Shown here one piece after another: positions 23,952 to 35,569 of a stretch of 64,000 nucleotides of DNA. The notes under the pieces were generated by a model. That model saw nothing but the letters and a program-made list of their open reading frames with translations, was not told where the DNA came from and ran no database searches. Every line of letters begins with the position of its first letter. Positions within the stretch are counted from its first letter, which is position 1. The stretch comes from the human T2T-CHM13v2.0 reference genome, Homo sapiens. The translations under genes and the position numbers were made by a program. The DNA lies in assembly GCF_009914755.1 (NCBI RefSeq), contig NC_060934.1. One strand, given 5' to 3'.

Positions 23952-24632
23952 AACATAAATTCATCAAAAATTCAGTAAATTTTAACATATTAAATGTCAT
24001 TTCTTGGGAAATTGTAATAATAAGTGAAAACATGTTGTTTAGGCTCCAAACAGATTTATATGTATTTCTTTCTGAACTATTAAAGGATATTATAGAAAAT
24101 ATTGCTCTTGCACACCAGCAGTTTCTTTTGTTGTTGTTTGAGTTTTTGTTTGCTTTTCAGATGAGAAGTTTTTCCCCAAAATTGGGACAGGACTTAAGCA
24201 GAATTATGATCCCTTTTGCTTGAAACTGTGCTAGGTCTGAGAAATGACCTGAAAGTTTTTTTCAAGGAATATGAAACTCAGGAAGGAAGAATCAATTATA
24301 CAAAATCATACAGTGAATCCATCTAAAGCCAGGATTCTAATTAGGCCTTTTAATGCTCTCACTCTTACTCAGTAGCTCAAATTTATATTTGGTTTCATAT
24401 TCATTCCCCTTAGGAGTGTTCTGCTTGATCCTTATTCTAGACTACAAATGCTTTGTGGAGAAAGATGCTATCTTACGAAGGTTATGAGTAAATATGTCTT
24501 AGCACAAGGCTGAGCAGACTAATAGCCAATGCCTAATGCATTGCAGAATGGTTTTGTTTAATAATCCTCTCATCAAAGATGTCATTAAAAGAATGAAAAG
24601 GCAACTGAGAGAGACAGAAAGAGAAATAGTTG

Positions 24633-25150
24633 CATATATATACTGTATGTCTATATACTGTATGTCTATATACTGTCTACTGTATGTCTATATACTGTCT
24701 ATATACTGTATGTCTATATACTGTGTATCTATACTGTATGTCTATATACTGTGTATCTATACTGTATGTATAATATATACTGTGTATCTATACTGTATGT
24801 ATAATATATACGGTATCTATACTGTATGTATAATATATACGGTATCTATACTGTATGTATAATATATATGGTATCTATACTGTATGTATAATATATACTG
24901 GGTATCTATACTGTATGTATAATATAAAGGTATCTATACTGTATGTATAATATATAGGTATCTATACTGTATGTATAATATATATGGTATCTATACTGTA
25001 TGTAGAATATATGGTATATATAATATATACTGTATGTGTAATATATACCGTATATTATACTGTGTAATATATACTGTATATATAATATATACTGTGTAAT
25101 ATATACTGTATATATATACACTATATATAGTGTGTGTATATATATATATT
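24633..25150. repeat. AT-rich minisatellite (15-bp unit grading into ~29-bp unit)
   Basis: Units atatactgtatgtct, then ctatactgtatgtataatatatacggtat. Confidence 0.9.
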
Positions 25151-26657
25151 CAGTAGTGCTGCATAATTACATTCTGGTCAATGACAATCCGCATATACAA
25201 TGGTGGTCCCATAAGATTATAATGGAGGCAGGGCACAGTGTCTCACATCTGTACTCCCAACACTTTGGGAGTGTGGCCCAGGCAGGAGGATCACTTGAGC
25301 CCAGGAGTTCCAGACAAGCCTAGGAAACATAGTGAGACCCTATCTCTACAAAAAAAGAAAAAAAAATTAGTCAGGCATGGTGGCTCATGCCTATAGTCCT
25401 GCTACTAAGGAGGCTAAGGTGAGAGTATCGCTTGAGCCTGGGAGGTTGAGGCTGCCATGAACTATAATCATGCCACTGCACACTCCACTCCAGCCTAGGA
25501 GACAGAGCAAGACCCTGTCTCTTAAGAAAAGAAAAAGAAAAAAGATTATAATGGTGGTGAAAAATTCCCATCACATAGTGATGTCATAGCTGTGCCTGTA
25601 GTGTGATGATGCATTCCTCATGTGTTCATGATGATCCTGGCATAAACAAACCTACTGCACTGCCAGTTGTATAAAATTGTAACATGTATAATTATGTAAA
25701 ATCCATAATTCTTGATGATAATAATAAACAACTATGTTACTGGCTTATGTATTTACAACCTTATACTTTTTATTGTTATTTTAGGGTGTACTTCTACTTA
25801 AGAAAAAAAATATGTTAGCTATAAAACAGCCTCAGGCCTGTTCTTCAGGAGGAATTCCAGAAGAAGGCTTTGTTGTTGTAAGAGTTGACCACTTCATGCA
25901 TATTATCACCCCACAAAACTTTCTAGTGGAATAAGATGTGGAAGTGAGAGACAGTGTTATTGATGATACTAGGCCTGTGTATACCTAGGCTAATATGTGT
26001 GTGTTTTGTCTTAGTTTTTACAAAAATGTTAAATAAAAATAGAAAAAATGTCTAGAACAAGTATACAAAGCAATACAATATTTTCGTACAGCTGCATAAT
26101 GTATGTCTTAAGTTTTATTACAAAAGACTGAAAAAGTAAAAAAAAAATTAAGAAGTTTATAAAGTTAAAAAGTTACAGTAAACCAAGGTTAATTTATTAT
26201 CGAAGAAAGACATTTAAAAAATAAATTTAGTACAGCCAACAAGTACAGTGTTTATAAAGTCTACAGTAATGTATGGTAACGTTCTAGGCCTTTGCATTCA
26301 CGCACCACTCAGTCACTGAATCACTCAGAGCAACTTCCACTCCTGCAAGCTCCATTTATGGTAAGTGTCCTGTACAGGTGTACCATTTTGTATCTTTTAT
26401 GTAATATTTTTACTGTACATTTTCTATGTTTAGATAAACAAATACCATTGCATTACAGTTGCCAAAGTATTCAGTAGAGTAACATGCTGTATAGGTTTGT
26501 AGCCTAGAAGCGATAGACTGTACCATGTAGCCTAGGTGTGTAGTAAGTCACACCTTCCAGGTTGCATTAGTACACTCTGTGACATATACACAATGAGGAC
26601 ATCACCTAATTATGCATTTCTCAGAATTTATCTCCATCATAAAGCAACATATGATAA
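25151..26657 (+). mobile_element. Tigger3b-like (Golem/MER7) DNA transposon, interrupted by an Alu
   Basis: 5' cagtagtgctgcataatt..ggtcaatgac..cgcatatacaatggtggtcccataagattataat; 3' gcatttctcagaa..atctccatcataaagcaacatatga. About 1.2 kb net of the Alu. Confidence 0.85.
25227..25541 (+). mobile_element. AluJ inserted in Tigger3
   Basis: TSD aagattataatgg at 25213-25225 and 25542-25554. Confidence 0.95.
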
Positions 26658-26689
26658 TGTGTTTGTGTGTGAATGTGTATTTAGCCCCC

Positions 26690-28060
26690 AAAATCCCAAT
26701 AAATAAAAAAGACAACCCAATAAAAATACTGGGTAGAACCCCAAATAAACAACACCAAAACCAACTTTTACAGGCATTATGTAAAAGAGAGTATCTAAAT
26801 TACAACTGAATCTATGAAAACTTCCTCAGCCTCGTGAATTATCAGGAAAATTTAAACAAAATTACAATGCAAAATCTTTGCATATTCCTAAGAAGAGCTG
26901 ATAGAAGAAGGTGGTGGGGAAGGGCTGGAGGAGAAGAAAAATGAGAGGAAGAGGAGAAACAGAAAAGGGAAGTGGAGAAGAAAGAAAAATTTTAAGTAAC
27001 AAAAGCTACCAAGTTGGTAAGGATTGAAGCAACTATAACTCACAAACAATACCGAAGGCAGTGTAAATTGATATGCCCACTTTGGAAAACTACAGGAGAT
27101 CAATGGCATTGCTGGCCTCATTTCAGCACCCCACCTTGTGCTAATGTCCTTTGCCAGCGAGAACCAAAGTATGATACCCTACCTTTCAGCAATTTGTTCA
27201 TCTACCTGACTTGCTTCAGACAGTATTTGTGAGTGTTATACAAGCAGAATCTTATAGAAAGCATTTGCCATTTCCATTTATGCCCCAGTGTCTCTGCCTG
27301 TGTAATGAGAACATGACTGGACTAGGTTGCTGAAGGGTGAAAGTTACACGGAAAGATTTGCGTTACCTTTGTGCTAGCCAAGGCCATCCTAGATGAGCTA
27401 ACAGCCAGTCTAACCCTACATACATGAATCAGCTCATCCAGGAAGAGTAGAATCACCTAGCTGAACCTCTGCTGAACAAATGCATTTAAGCAATACATGC
27501 TTATTTGGGGATACTGAGATTTTTATAGTTGTTCATTACATAAACTTATCATAAAAATAAGCAACTGATACAAACTGTTTTGTAATACTCCTAAAGCTAA
27601 ATATATATGTACCTTATGATCTGGCAATAGTCTTCTAGGTATATGCCAGCAGAAATGTATCTATTAATATATTAACATACGAAATAAAATGTTTATAAAA
27701 GCACTATTCATAATAGCAAAAAACAAAACAAAACAAAAGTAAATCTAGAACTACCCAAATGCCTACCGTAACCAAACATATGAATAATATGTGGTACATT
27801 CGTCCAATGGAATATCATGCAGCAGTGACAATGACAAATCTACAACTACAAATTATTGAGCAAATGAAACCAGACATCCACACACCCACAACATCTATGC
27901 TGTTAGCAGCTAGGGTAGCAGATATCATTGTGTAAGGGTGGGGTGGGAATAGAAGGAAGAATAAGAAGAGCTTCAGTTACGGGGGAACAAATAGAAATAA
28001 TCTACTTCTTCAAGTGATTGTAGGTTGCGTGAGTATTTTTAATTTGTGAAAAATTTGTGC
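26690..28060 (+). mobile_element. L1ME-like 3' region fragments, interrupted by an MLT1 LTR
   Basis: aaagacaacccaataaaa..cccactttggaaaac, then gtaccttatgatctggcaat..tctaggtatatgcc..gcactattcataatagcaaaa..gtggtacattc..atggaatatc. Confidence 0.6.
27090..27572 (+). mobile_element. MLT1-family LTR
   Basis: gccaaggccatcctagatgagctaacagccag..catgaatcagc..ctgagattt..gttgtt..aactgataca 3' end. Confidence 0.6.
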
Positions 28061-28143
28061 TAGACTAGACCTCTATTTCCTTGTAGGTTGTATGAGTATT
28101 TTTAATTTGTGAAAAATTTGTGCTAGACTAGACCTCTATTTCC
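28018..28143. repeat. 63-bp tandem duplication
   Basis: 28018-28080 vs 28081-28143, 61/63 identical. Confidence 0.95.
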
Positions 28144-28911
28144 TAAAATACGTTGTTCAACTTGCAGCAGGACCAACATAAAAAAAGCATTCTATAGTCA
28201 ACAGTGTTTGAGAAATGGTACATACTGTACATGCACTTGGAGATTGATCTTTCATATTTTTTAAGCTCTGTGAAGTCTGACAGAACAGTTATGTGCTCTT
28301 TCTGAGTAACATCAATTCATAATAGGCCCATAGGAGAAATAGTCTTTGAGTTCAGTGCAGAAATCTCAAACCCCAAAGTGTATCTTAGCTCAATAGTTTA
28401 TAAATTCATGGATTTTTTTCATATAATAAACTAGAGTTTAATATTTGTTAATAGTTCTTACATTTAAGAAAAATTTTCATACAGTCAAATGTACAAATCT
28501 TCAGCGTAGAAATGTGAATTGAAAATACAGTGTGACTTCTGGGTGGCAGCTTCCTAGTTTATGAAAACCCTATGACACTTGAGCTTTAGGGGACATAGAA
28601 GAATATGAGCCTAGAAACCAAGCTGCCTTCTAAACTCAGCTTGCAACGGGCTGTCATAATACTGGTCTAGGAAAATTATAATATCCTATACCTTAATTTT
28701 CCCATCTGAAAAACTGAGTTGATAATATCTGCCTAGTCTATATTATGAGGGCATTATATAAATAAGGTTGCAAAGTAAATAAAATATGTAAACTGTGGAT
28801 TAAAATTTACTTTATATCCTAGATAAATTAAAGCAGAATGAAGAGCTGGGTTTGAAGGCTGTAAAAACTCGAGAAAGACCAGAAGAGTTGACATCAGACT
28901 TTGCACTAATT

Positions 28912-29149
28912 TTGAGAATTTGTTCGGAGATTTTTGAGGGAGAACAGCTACTCGTATACCCTTGACCAAAGACCGGTCCTCCTCTATCAGGGATAGTCAT
29001 CGTATTCAACAGAGTGCTCAGCTTCCAGAGAGACACACATGGAGCAGTGAGGGGGGAAGGGGGACACCTGCCTAGGCCAGCTAGATTAGCCAGATCAACC
29101 CTGCAATCAATGGGGTGACAGATGAAGCAGCCAGATCATCCTTACATCC
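28912..29149 (-). pseudogene. 7SK snRNA retropseudogene (RN7SKP family), ~nt 1-239, 3'-truncated
   Basis: Reverse complement GGATGTAAGGATGATCTGGCTGCTTCATCTGTCACCCCATTGATTG..GATAGAGGAGGACCGGTCTTTGGTCAAGGGTATACGAGTAGCTG matches 7SK. 18-bp TSD agactttgcac(t/c)aatttt at 28896-28913 and 29150-29167. Confidence 0.95.
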
Positions 29150-29248
29150 AGACTTTGCACCAATTTTAGAAATTTTGAATATCAAAATAGATTATTTTGG
29201 AATGGATGAAAATAATTTTCTTTTTTCCCTCACTTTATGTGTTTTTTA

Positions 29249-29490
29249 ATATATATATCATATGTATCATTATCTATATACCATATATATATCATATGTA
29301 TCATTATCTATATGATACCATATATATATATATATATATATATATCTCATATATATGATGGTCTTAAAAATGAAGTTCTAAAGTTCTTTTAGGTAAAAGA
29401 GGGATACACACACACATACATATGTGTACATATATATATATACAAAATATATATATATATATATATATACCTTCCTCTCATATATATGTG
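29249..29490. repeat. (TA)n/(CA)n low complexity with a ~33-bp unit duplicated
   Basis: atatatatcatatgtatcattatctatat(ga)taccat occurs twice, followed by TA runs. Confidence 0.85.
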
Positions 29491-30379
29491 AGTCAATCAC
29501 GAATGAAAATACTCCAGTTGATTTTCAATGGCAGCCCTTGCTTTTAGAAGCTGAATCAAGGGAATCTCAGAGCTTGTGAATAACTTACAGGTGATCTACA
29601 TTTTTTAAAAAAAATATTTCCTATCCAATTCCACACAAATAGTTGTCAATGTGACAGCCTAGCCCTCCTATCATATTTCTCTTTGCTTTTTGTGAGAGAT
29701 GGATTCTGCTCTTGAGCCAATAAGTTATTAAACAAATATGGAAAAAAAAACATAGTCACAAAGTGTTCTCCAAATACAAAATGCATGATTGATTTATACA
29801 GTGCCTCTCACTATCACAAGTCTATGAGAAGTAACACATTGAAATATGACACAGAATAAAATTCACTCTTTGTGAAAAAATTTTGGTGATTGTAAAAATG
29901 TGTGAAATAGCCACACTTGAAAAACAGCACATGTCAAAATAATGGTTATCACTGCATCCTGGGGAAAAAAGAAAAAAGTAAGAAATACAATGTGTTAATT
30001 TTTATTCAGTGCTCGTACTAAATGTTGTCTATAGGTTTTGCCTTAGAGAAAGGTCATGTGTCTCCTATTGTTGCAAGCCCCGCCTTGCTTTTAGACACAA
30101 ATATATTTTCCATTATTAAAGGTTTAACTATATTTTAAGATTCAAGTAGCATGTGAAATCTTTGAAGGTAAGGATTATGCCTTAATTTCTTCTTTTATCC
30201 TGGTCTCTAGAGAGGAGCTTGGCAAAAAGTGGAAGCTAAATAGAATTTATTGAGTATTTATTCTGTCATATCACACTGGCCACTGATCTTTTAATTTCAA
30301 CCTAAATAAATAAGTATATGGATAAATGGATGAATGGGTGACAAAATGGATACCTCAGATTGTTTTAAAATTACAACAT

Positions 30380-30990
30380 AAAATATCCAGGCTAATATAA
30401 TGAATGAATATGAAGCCATGATTCTGATTCATATAGCAGACGCCTGGGTGCTCATCCCCTTCCTCCCCTAACCTAACCCATTTACCGTCTTCAGCCTCTT
30501 TCTCAATGGAAACCGCTGCACTGAACTTGGTGTTTATTGTATCTGTGCATCTCTCCATGTTAATGGATAAAATCCTAAATAACATACGGGATTATTTTTG
30601 CTTCTTTTATGAACTTCATACAACCATATCATAAAGTATTATTCTGTGACTTGCTTTTTTCCAGTCATGAATATATTTGAGAAATAAATTAATGTTAATA
30701 CACTTGTCCTTTCACAATTTAAAAGTATTACATTATTTGAAACCATAATTTATTTCCACTCTCACATTGACGAAAATGCAGATTGCTTCAGTAGTTTATT
30801 GTCACCTTCAATGCTGCCGTGAACATTTTACCCACAACTGTTTGTGCACATGTGAACAGAACTTTGCCAGGCCCATCCTGATGAGTAGAACTTTCTGGCT
30901 TATAGGATGTGCATTTCCTAACCTTTAGTAGTGATCACTGGATAACTATCCATAGTCATTGAATCAAATCAAACTCCTGCAAATCCTGAT
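30380..30990 (-). mobile_element. L1ME-like fragment
   Basis: aaccgctgcactgaacttggtgtttatt..tattctgtgacttgctttttt..gaaccataatttatttccact..atgctgccgtgaacatt..gagtagaac. Confidence 0.65.
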
Positions 30991-31059
30991 TTTTATCTAA
31001 CATGAGTTTTCCAAAACCAGGGTTTGGCTCTTTGGAAACTGAAATATCTAAATTACACT

Positions 31060-31206
31060 GCTTATTTTACATGAGCCTAAAAACAAACAAAAAATGACTT
31101 GCCCTAGGTCACCTGTGGGGTTGGTGCAAGAAATAAGGCTCGATTTAGGCCTTCTTTGGATTTAGATTTAGGCCATACAGTATTCATTCTGTCATATCGC
31201 ACTGCC
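31060..31206 (-). mobile_element. MIR fragment
   Basis: attttacatgag..aaatgacttgccctaggtcac..gcactgcc. Confidence 0.5.
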
Positions 31207-32160
31207 CACTGATCTTTTAATTTCAACCTAAATATGGCAAGGATGTAACTGATCTATTAAATGATGTCTCACTTTTTCTAAATATGGAGGTCAAGACTCA
31301 AGTTTGCAGATTTTCAGCCCATGTTGAATTCCTTCTTCATGGCACCTATCTACTCTTGAAACATTTTATCTCCACACACTGGCAGATGATTCTTAGATAC
31401 AAAGACTGTTTTCAGTCCATGTGAGTGAAGATAAAGAATGCAAAGAAAAAATAAATCATCATTCATGAGAGTTCACCCACTGGAAGATACCTAATTATGT
31501 AGCATATTGCATCATATAAATTAAATATGAGAGAAATACCACAACAAAATTCAGGTTTATGCCATTTGTGTAATTCAAATCAAATGAAATTTCATACCAT
31601 ATGCTAGAATCTGAATAAATTCAATACTTCCAGCTCTACTGCTTTCAAATGCCTCCAAACACAATGTTCAGACTCAGCACACTTTTTTCATCTCCAGCAC
31701 TTAGCACAGGGTCTGGCACATAGCAAGCAATAGATATTTGCTATATGAGTGAATCTACATCCATGACCCAAGTTTTCTTGTTTAGACTGGCAGAGCCCAA
31801 TAAATTATCTCTCAGTTTAAATTTATTCCAATTTAGTCATTTTTTCATCATGACAAACAACAATCATTTTTTGTTTGTTTGCTTAAAGCTGGTCCCATTA
31901 GCCTACTTTCCTTGGCTTAAATCATTTCAATGGACAATTGATCATTCCAAAGCCTCCACTACCCTGTACTTCCTATCAGAATTTAGATGCTTGTCAGAAT
32001 CTTCCTCAGTAGAGTGCTTCAGGAAGCTGCGTTTGTATCAATTTCATTTTTATTCTTAAGAAAACCTTCATGCTGTCCCAATGATCTCAACTTCCTGAAT
32101 TAATATCACTCCAAATGGTAAGGGATTTGTGCCACAGAAGAACTAAAGAAATAAGATTCC

Positions 32161-32323
32161 TTTTTTTTTCTTTTAAGAGATAAGGTCTTGCTCTGTTGCC
32201 CAGGCTGAAGTTCAGTGGCACAATCATGGCTCATTGCAGCCTTGAACTCCCGGGCTCAAGGAATCCTTCCATCTCAGCCTCTTGAGTAGCTGGGACAACA
32301 GAGGCACACTACCATACCTGCTA

Positions 32324-32364
<41 letters not shown>

Positions 32365-32493
32365 CTTATTATTTGCAGAGAAGAGATCTTGCTATGTTGC
32401 CCTGGCTGGTCTTGAACTCCTGACCTGAAGCAATCCTCCTGCCTCAGCCTCCCAAAGTGCTGTGATTACAGGCATGAGCCACTGTGCCTGGCC
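32161..32493 (-). mobile_element. AluJ with middle A-rich linker expanded to (TTA)n
   Basis: Alu body with (TTA)n at ~32325-32371. Partial TSD a(g/c)attcc. Confidence 0.95.
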
Positions 32494-33475
32494 ACATTCC
32501 CTCTTCAGATGTTATTTCCATCAGGTGTCAGGAAGATTGAGTAATGGAGGAGGAGATGAAAATGGGAATAGGAAACAATTAGAAGAATATTGTTCTGTTA
32601 CTGACAGAAGGGAACTCTCTGGGAGGTATTAATAGAAAGAGGAAGTTTAGGTGAAGATTTCAAAGAAATACTCTTAAAGATATCAACGGCTTCTTCTGCT
32701 AACTCCATAACTTACCAGAGATGACTGGGAGCTTCTGGAGCCTCCATTTGGACTTAGTTTAGATATCTGGTTATCTTTGTCACCTTTTTAGAATATTCAA
32801 ATTTCGACTTCATGTGGTAAATAGATGCTTTCCCGAAGTCACCATACCTCAAAGTGATTTCCAGTGCATTCTTCCTCTTGACTCTCTGGACTGTTTAGTG
32901 AGGAAAGAGAGAGCCCTCTTTCTGATCCAGGTGGCTCAGGGTTGGGGGTTGTTCATATGCAATAAACCAAAGAAATAATGCTTGGATCTTAGCAACTTCT
33001 TTCCTTACTCTTGAAATTTATTTATATCTGCCTAAACTCCTCTAGGGGTTGCAATTCATTTACTGACAAGTTTTTTAAGCAGAGGTTTCATTTTTTAAAG
33101 TCTGGATAAAGCTAATTGGTGGTACTTAACTACTTTATCCAATTTTCTGTATTTTCTCTATTAGCATCTGCAAGTGTCTAGGGTTCAGATTTCAACTGAA
33201 CTTTGAAACAGGAGCACTGGCCCATGGCTTTAGGTTGATGCAAAGAGTACATGCAGAAAGTTCATGACAAATTTATACTCTGTGATAATTTGAGCTTGCC
33301 TTGGTTATTCTATTATTCCAGAAATATCAGAGAGTATTTCAGGTCTATGAAGGAAAACAGAAAAACAGTACTCTTGGTGATGCAAATATATACTCCACTG
33401 TTTACTATCCACATAAAATTCAAAGCCTCATTGACAAAGTTCACTGTATTGCTTATACAGAAACTTTATAGGACT

Positions 33476-33788
33476 TACATTGTAATATATAATGAAATAA
33501 TTACACAACTCATAATATAGACTCAGCTGGAGCCCTGAACATATTTTCCTGCAACTAGATGGTCCCATCTGGGGATCTGGTGGTGATGGGAGACAGTGAC
33601 AGATCATCAGGTATTTGATTCTCATAAGGAGCACGCAATTTAGTTCCTTGCATGCACAGTTCACAGAAGGGTTTGGGCTCCCATGCAAATCTAATGCTAC
33701 TGGTGATCTGACAGGAGGCAGAGCTCAGGTGGTAATATAAGTGATGGGGAACAGTTGTAAAGACAGATGAAGCTTTGCTCCCCTGCTG
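33476..33788 (+). mobile_element. MER1A/Charlie3 internal fragment
   Basis: ttacattgtaatatataatgaaataatt..ttttcctgcaactagatggtcccatctgggg..gatctgacaggaggcagagctcagg..acagatgaagcttt. Both TIRs are absent. Confidence 0.85.
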
Positions 33789-34638
33789 GACAAAGATTTG
33801 ATGAGAAAAACGTCAGAAGCAATTGAAACAAAAGCAAAAATTGACAAAGGGGATCTAACTAAACTAAAGAGCTCCTGCACAGCAAAAGAAACTATCATCA
33901 GAGTGAACAGACAACCTACAGAATGGGAGAAAAATTGTGTAATCTATCTATCTGACAAAGGTCTAATATCCAAAATCTACAAGGAACTTAAACAGATTTA
34001 CAAGAAAAAAACAAACAACTCCATAAAAAGTGGGCAAAGGACATGAACAGACACTTCTCAAAAGAAGGTATTTATGCAGCCAACAAACATAACTCAACAT
34101 CACTGATCATTAGAGAAATGCAGATCAAAACCACAATGAGATACCATCTCACTCCAGTCAGAATGGCAATTATTAAAAAGTCAAGAAACAACAGATGCTA
34201 GTGAGGTTGTGGAGAAATAGGAACACTTTTACACTGTTGGTAGGAACGTAAATTAGCTCAACCATTGTGGAAGATGGTGTGCCGAGTCCTCAAACACCTA
34301 GAACCAGAAATACCATTTGACTCAGCAATCCCATTACTGGGTACACACCCAAAGGAATATAAGTCATTCTATTATCAAGATGTTCATTGCAGCACTGTTT
34401 ACAATAGCAGAGACATGGAATCAACCCAAATGCCCATCAATGATAGATGGGATAAAGAAAATGTGGTACATATATGCCATGGAATACTATGAAGCCATAA
34501 AAAGGAACAAGATCATGTCCTCTGCAGGGACGTGGACGGTGCTGGAAGCCATTATTCTCAGCAAACTAACACAGTGACAGAAAACCAAACACTGTATGTT
34601 CTAACTTATAAGTGGGAGTTGAACAATGAGAACACATA
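33789..34638 (+). mobile_element. L1PA ORF2 3' fragment lacking most of the 3'UTR and the poly(A)
   Basis: ORFs 33798-34046 ([22 protein letters not shown]) and 34317-34577 (WNQPKCPS..WYIYAMEYY) are the ORF2 C-terminus. Homology stops at gagaacacat. Confidence 0.9.
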
Positions 34639-35569
34639 GGCTCTAATGTGACCATAATCATCTCCTTTGTCATATTCAGTGAAATATCTAAGAAAACCAT
34701 TCAGAACCATGAATATGTCTCATTTATTATTGGATGAGATCCAAGAGTAAGAAACCACATATGTTTTTGTTGCCACCAACTAGATCTGGGACTGTGAAGG
34801 CCTATGCTGGAAGTAGGGTATCATCAATTCAAAAGGCAATCTTGAACCTGGGAGCCCAGCATGAAGACAGGAGTTAGAACAAAGCAAAGTCAACCATGGG
34901 CAATCAGTCAAGAGAACTCCCTGACATTACAAGTCATAGCCAGCCTCAGAGTTGGAAGCATCCTGTAATTTTACCGAAACCAGTGGCAGGCTCTCAGGTC
35001 TTCAAACTACCTAGAACCCAATGCGAGTGCAGGATTTACAAAATGTCAGTGATGGATCTCTAGCAGATGAACTAGTAGACTTGAAAAGTTTGACTTGCAA
35101 AATACACCACAAGTCAATTTATATTACCGCCTTTCTTAATTTTGACCAGATGTGTCCAAATAGTTCCCAATGATAGGCCATGGATGATATTCACAGGTTT
35201 CAATTATGGTCCGATTTCTTGGTCCCTAATTTTCTTTCTAGAGAAACACCTGGATGCTCTCCATAAACTTGCTTACCAGATTCTATTTTTGAGGGATGTT
35301 GATTGAGAAACAGAGTGGAAATCATCTGTTTTCCTAGAAGGTTATTCTGAATAATATAAAAACGTAATAATCATATTGCCCTACGAAAGGAAAGAAAAGC
35401 ATATAGGAAAAAATGAATATCAGAAGCACTCTCTTTCTACCATGAGCTAATAGTGAGGCTGGAGAAGATAAGACTCAGCCTTCAATCTGCAACTATCATC
35501 TCCACTGACAAAATGTTTATCACTGTTAAGTGACAAGAAATTCAGTAAGTAGATTGTAGTAAGTTTTAA

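Noticed and set aside
24536-25121. Tyr/Ile/Cys-rich ORFs
   Set aside because: Translations of the AT-rich minisatellite. The array has no unique spacers, so it is not CRISPR-like.
28912-29149. Functional 7SK RNA gene
   Set aside because: 3'-truncated, TSD-flanked, HEXIM-binding GAUC motifs mutated, and no evident upstream PSE/TATA promoter.
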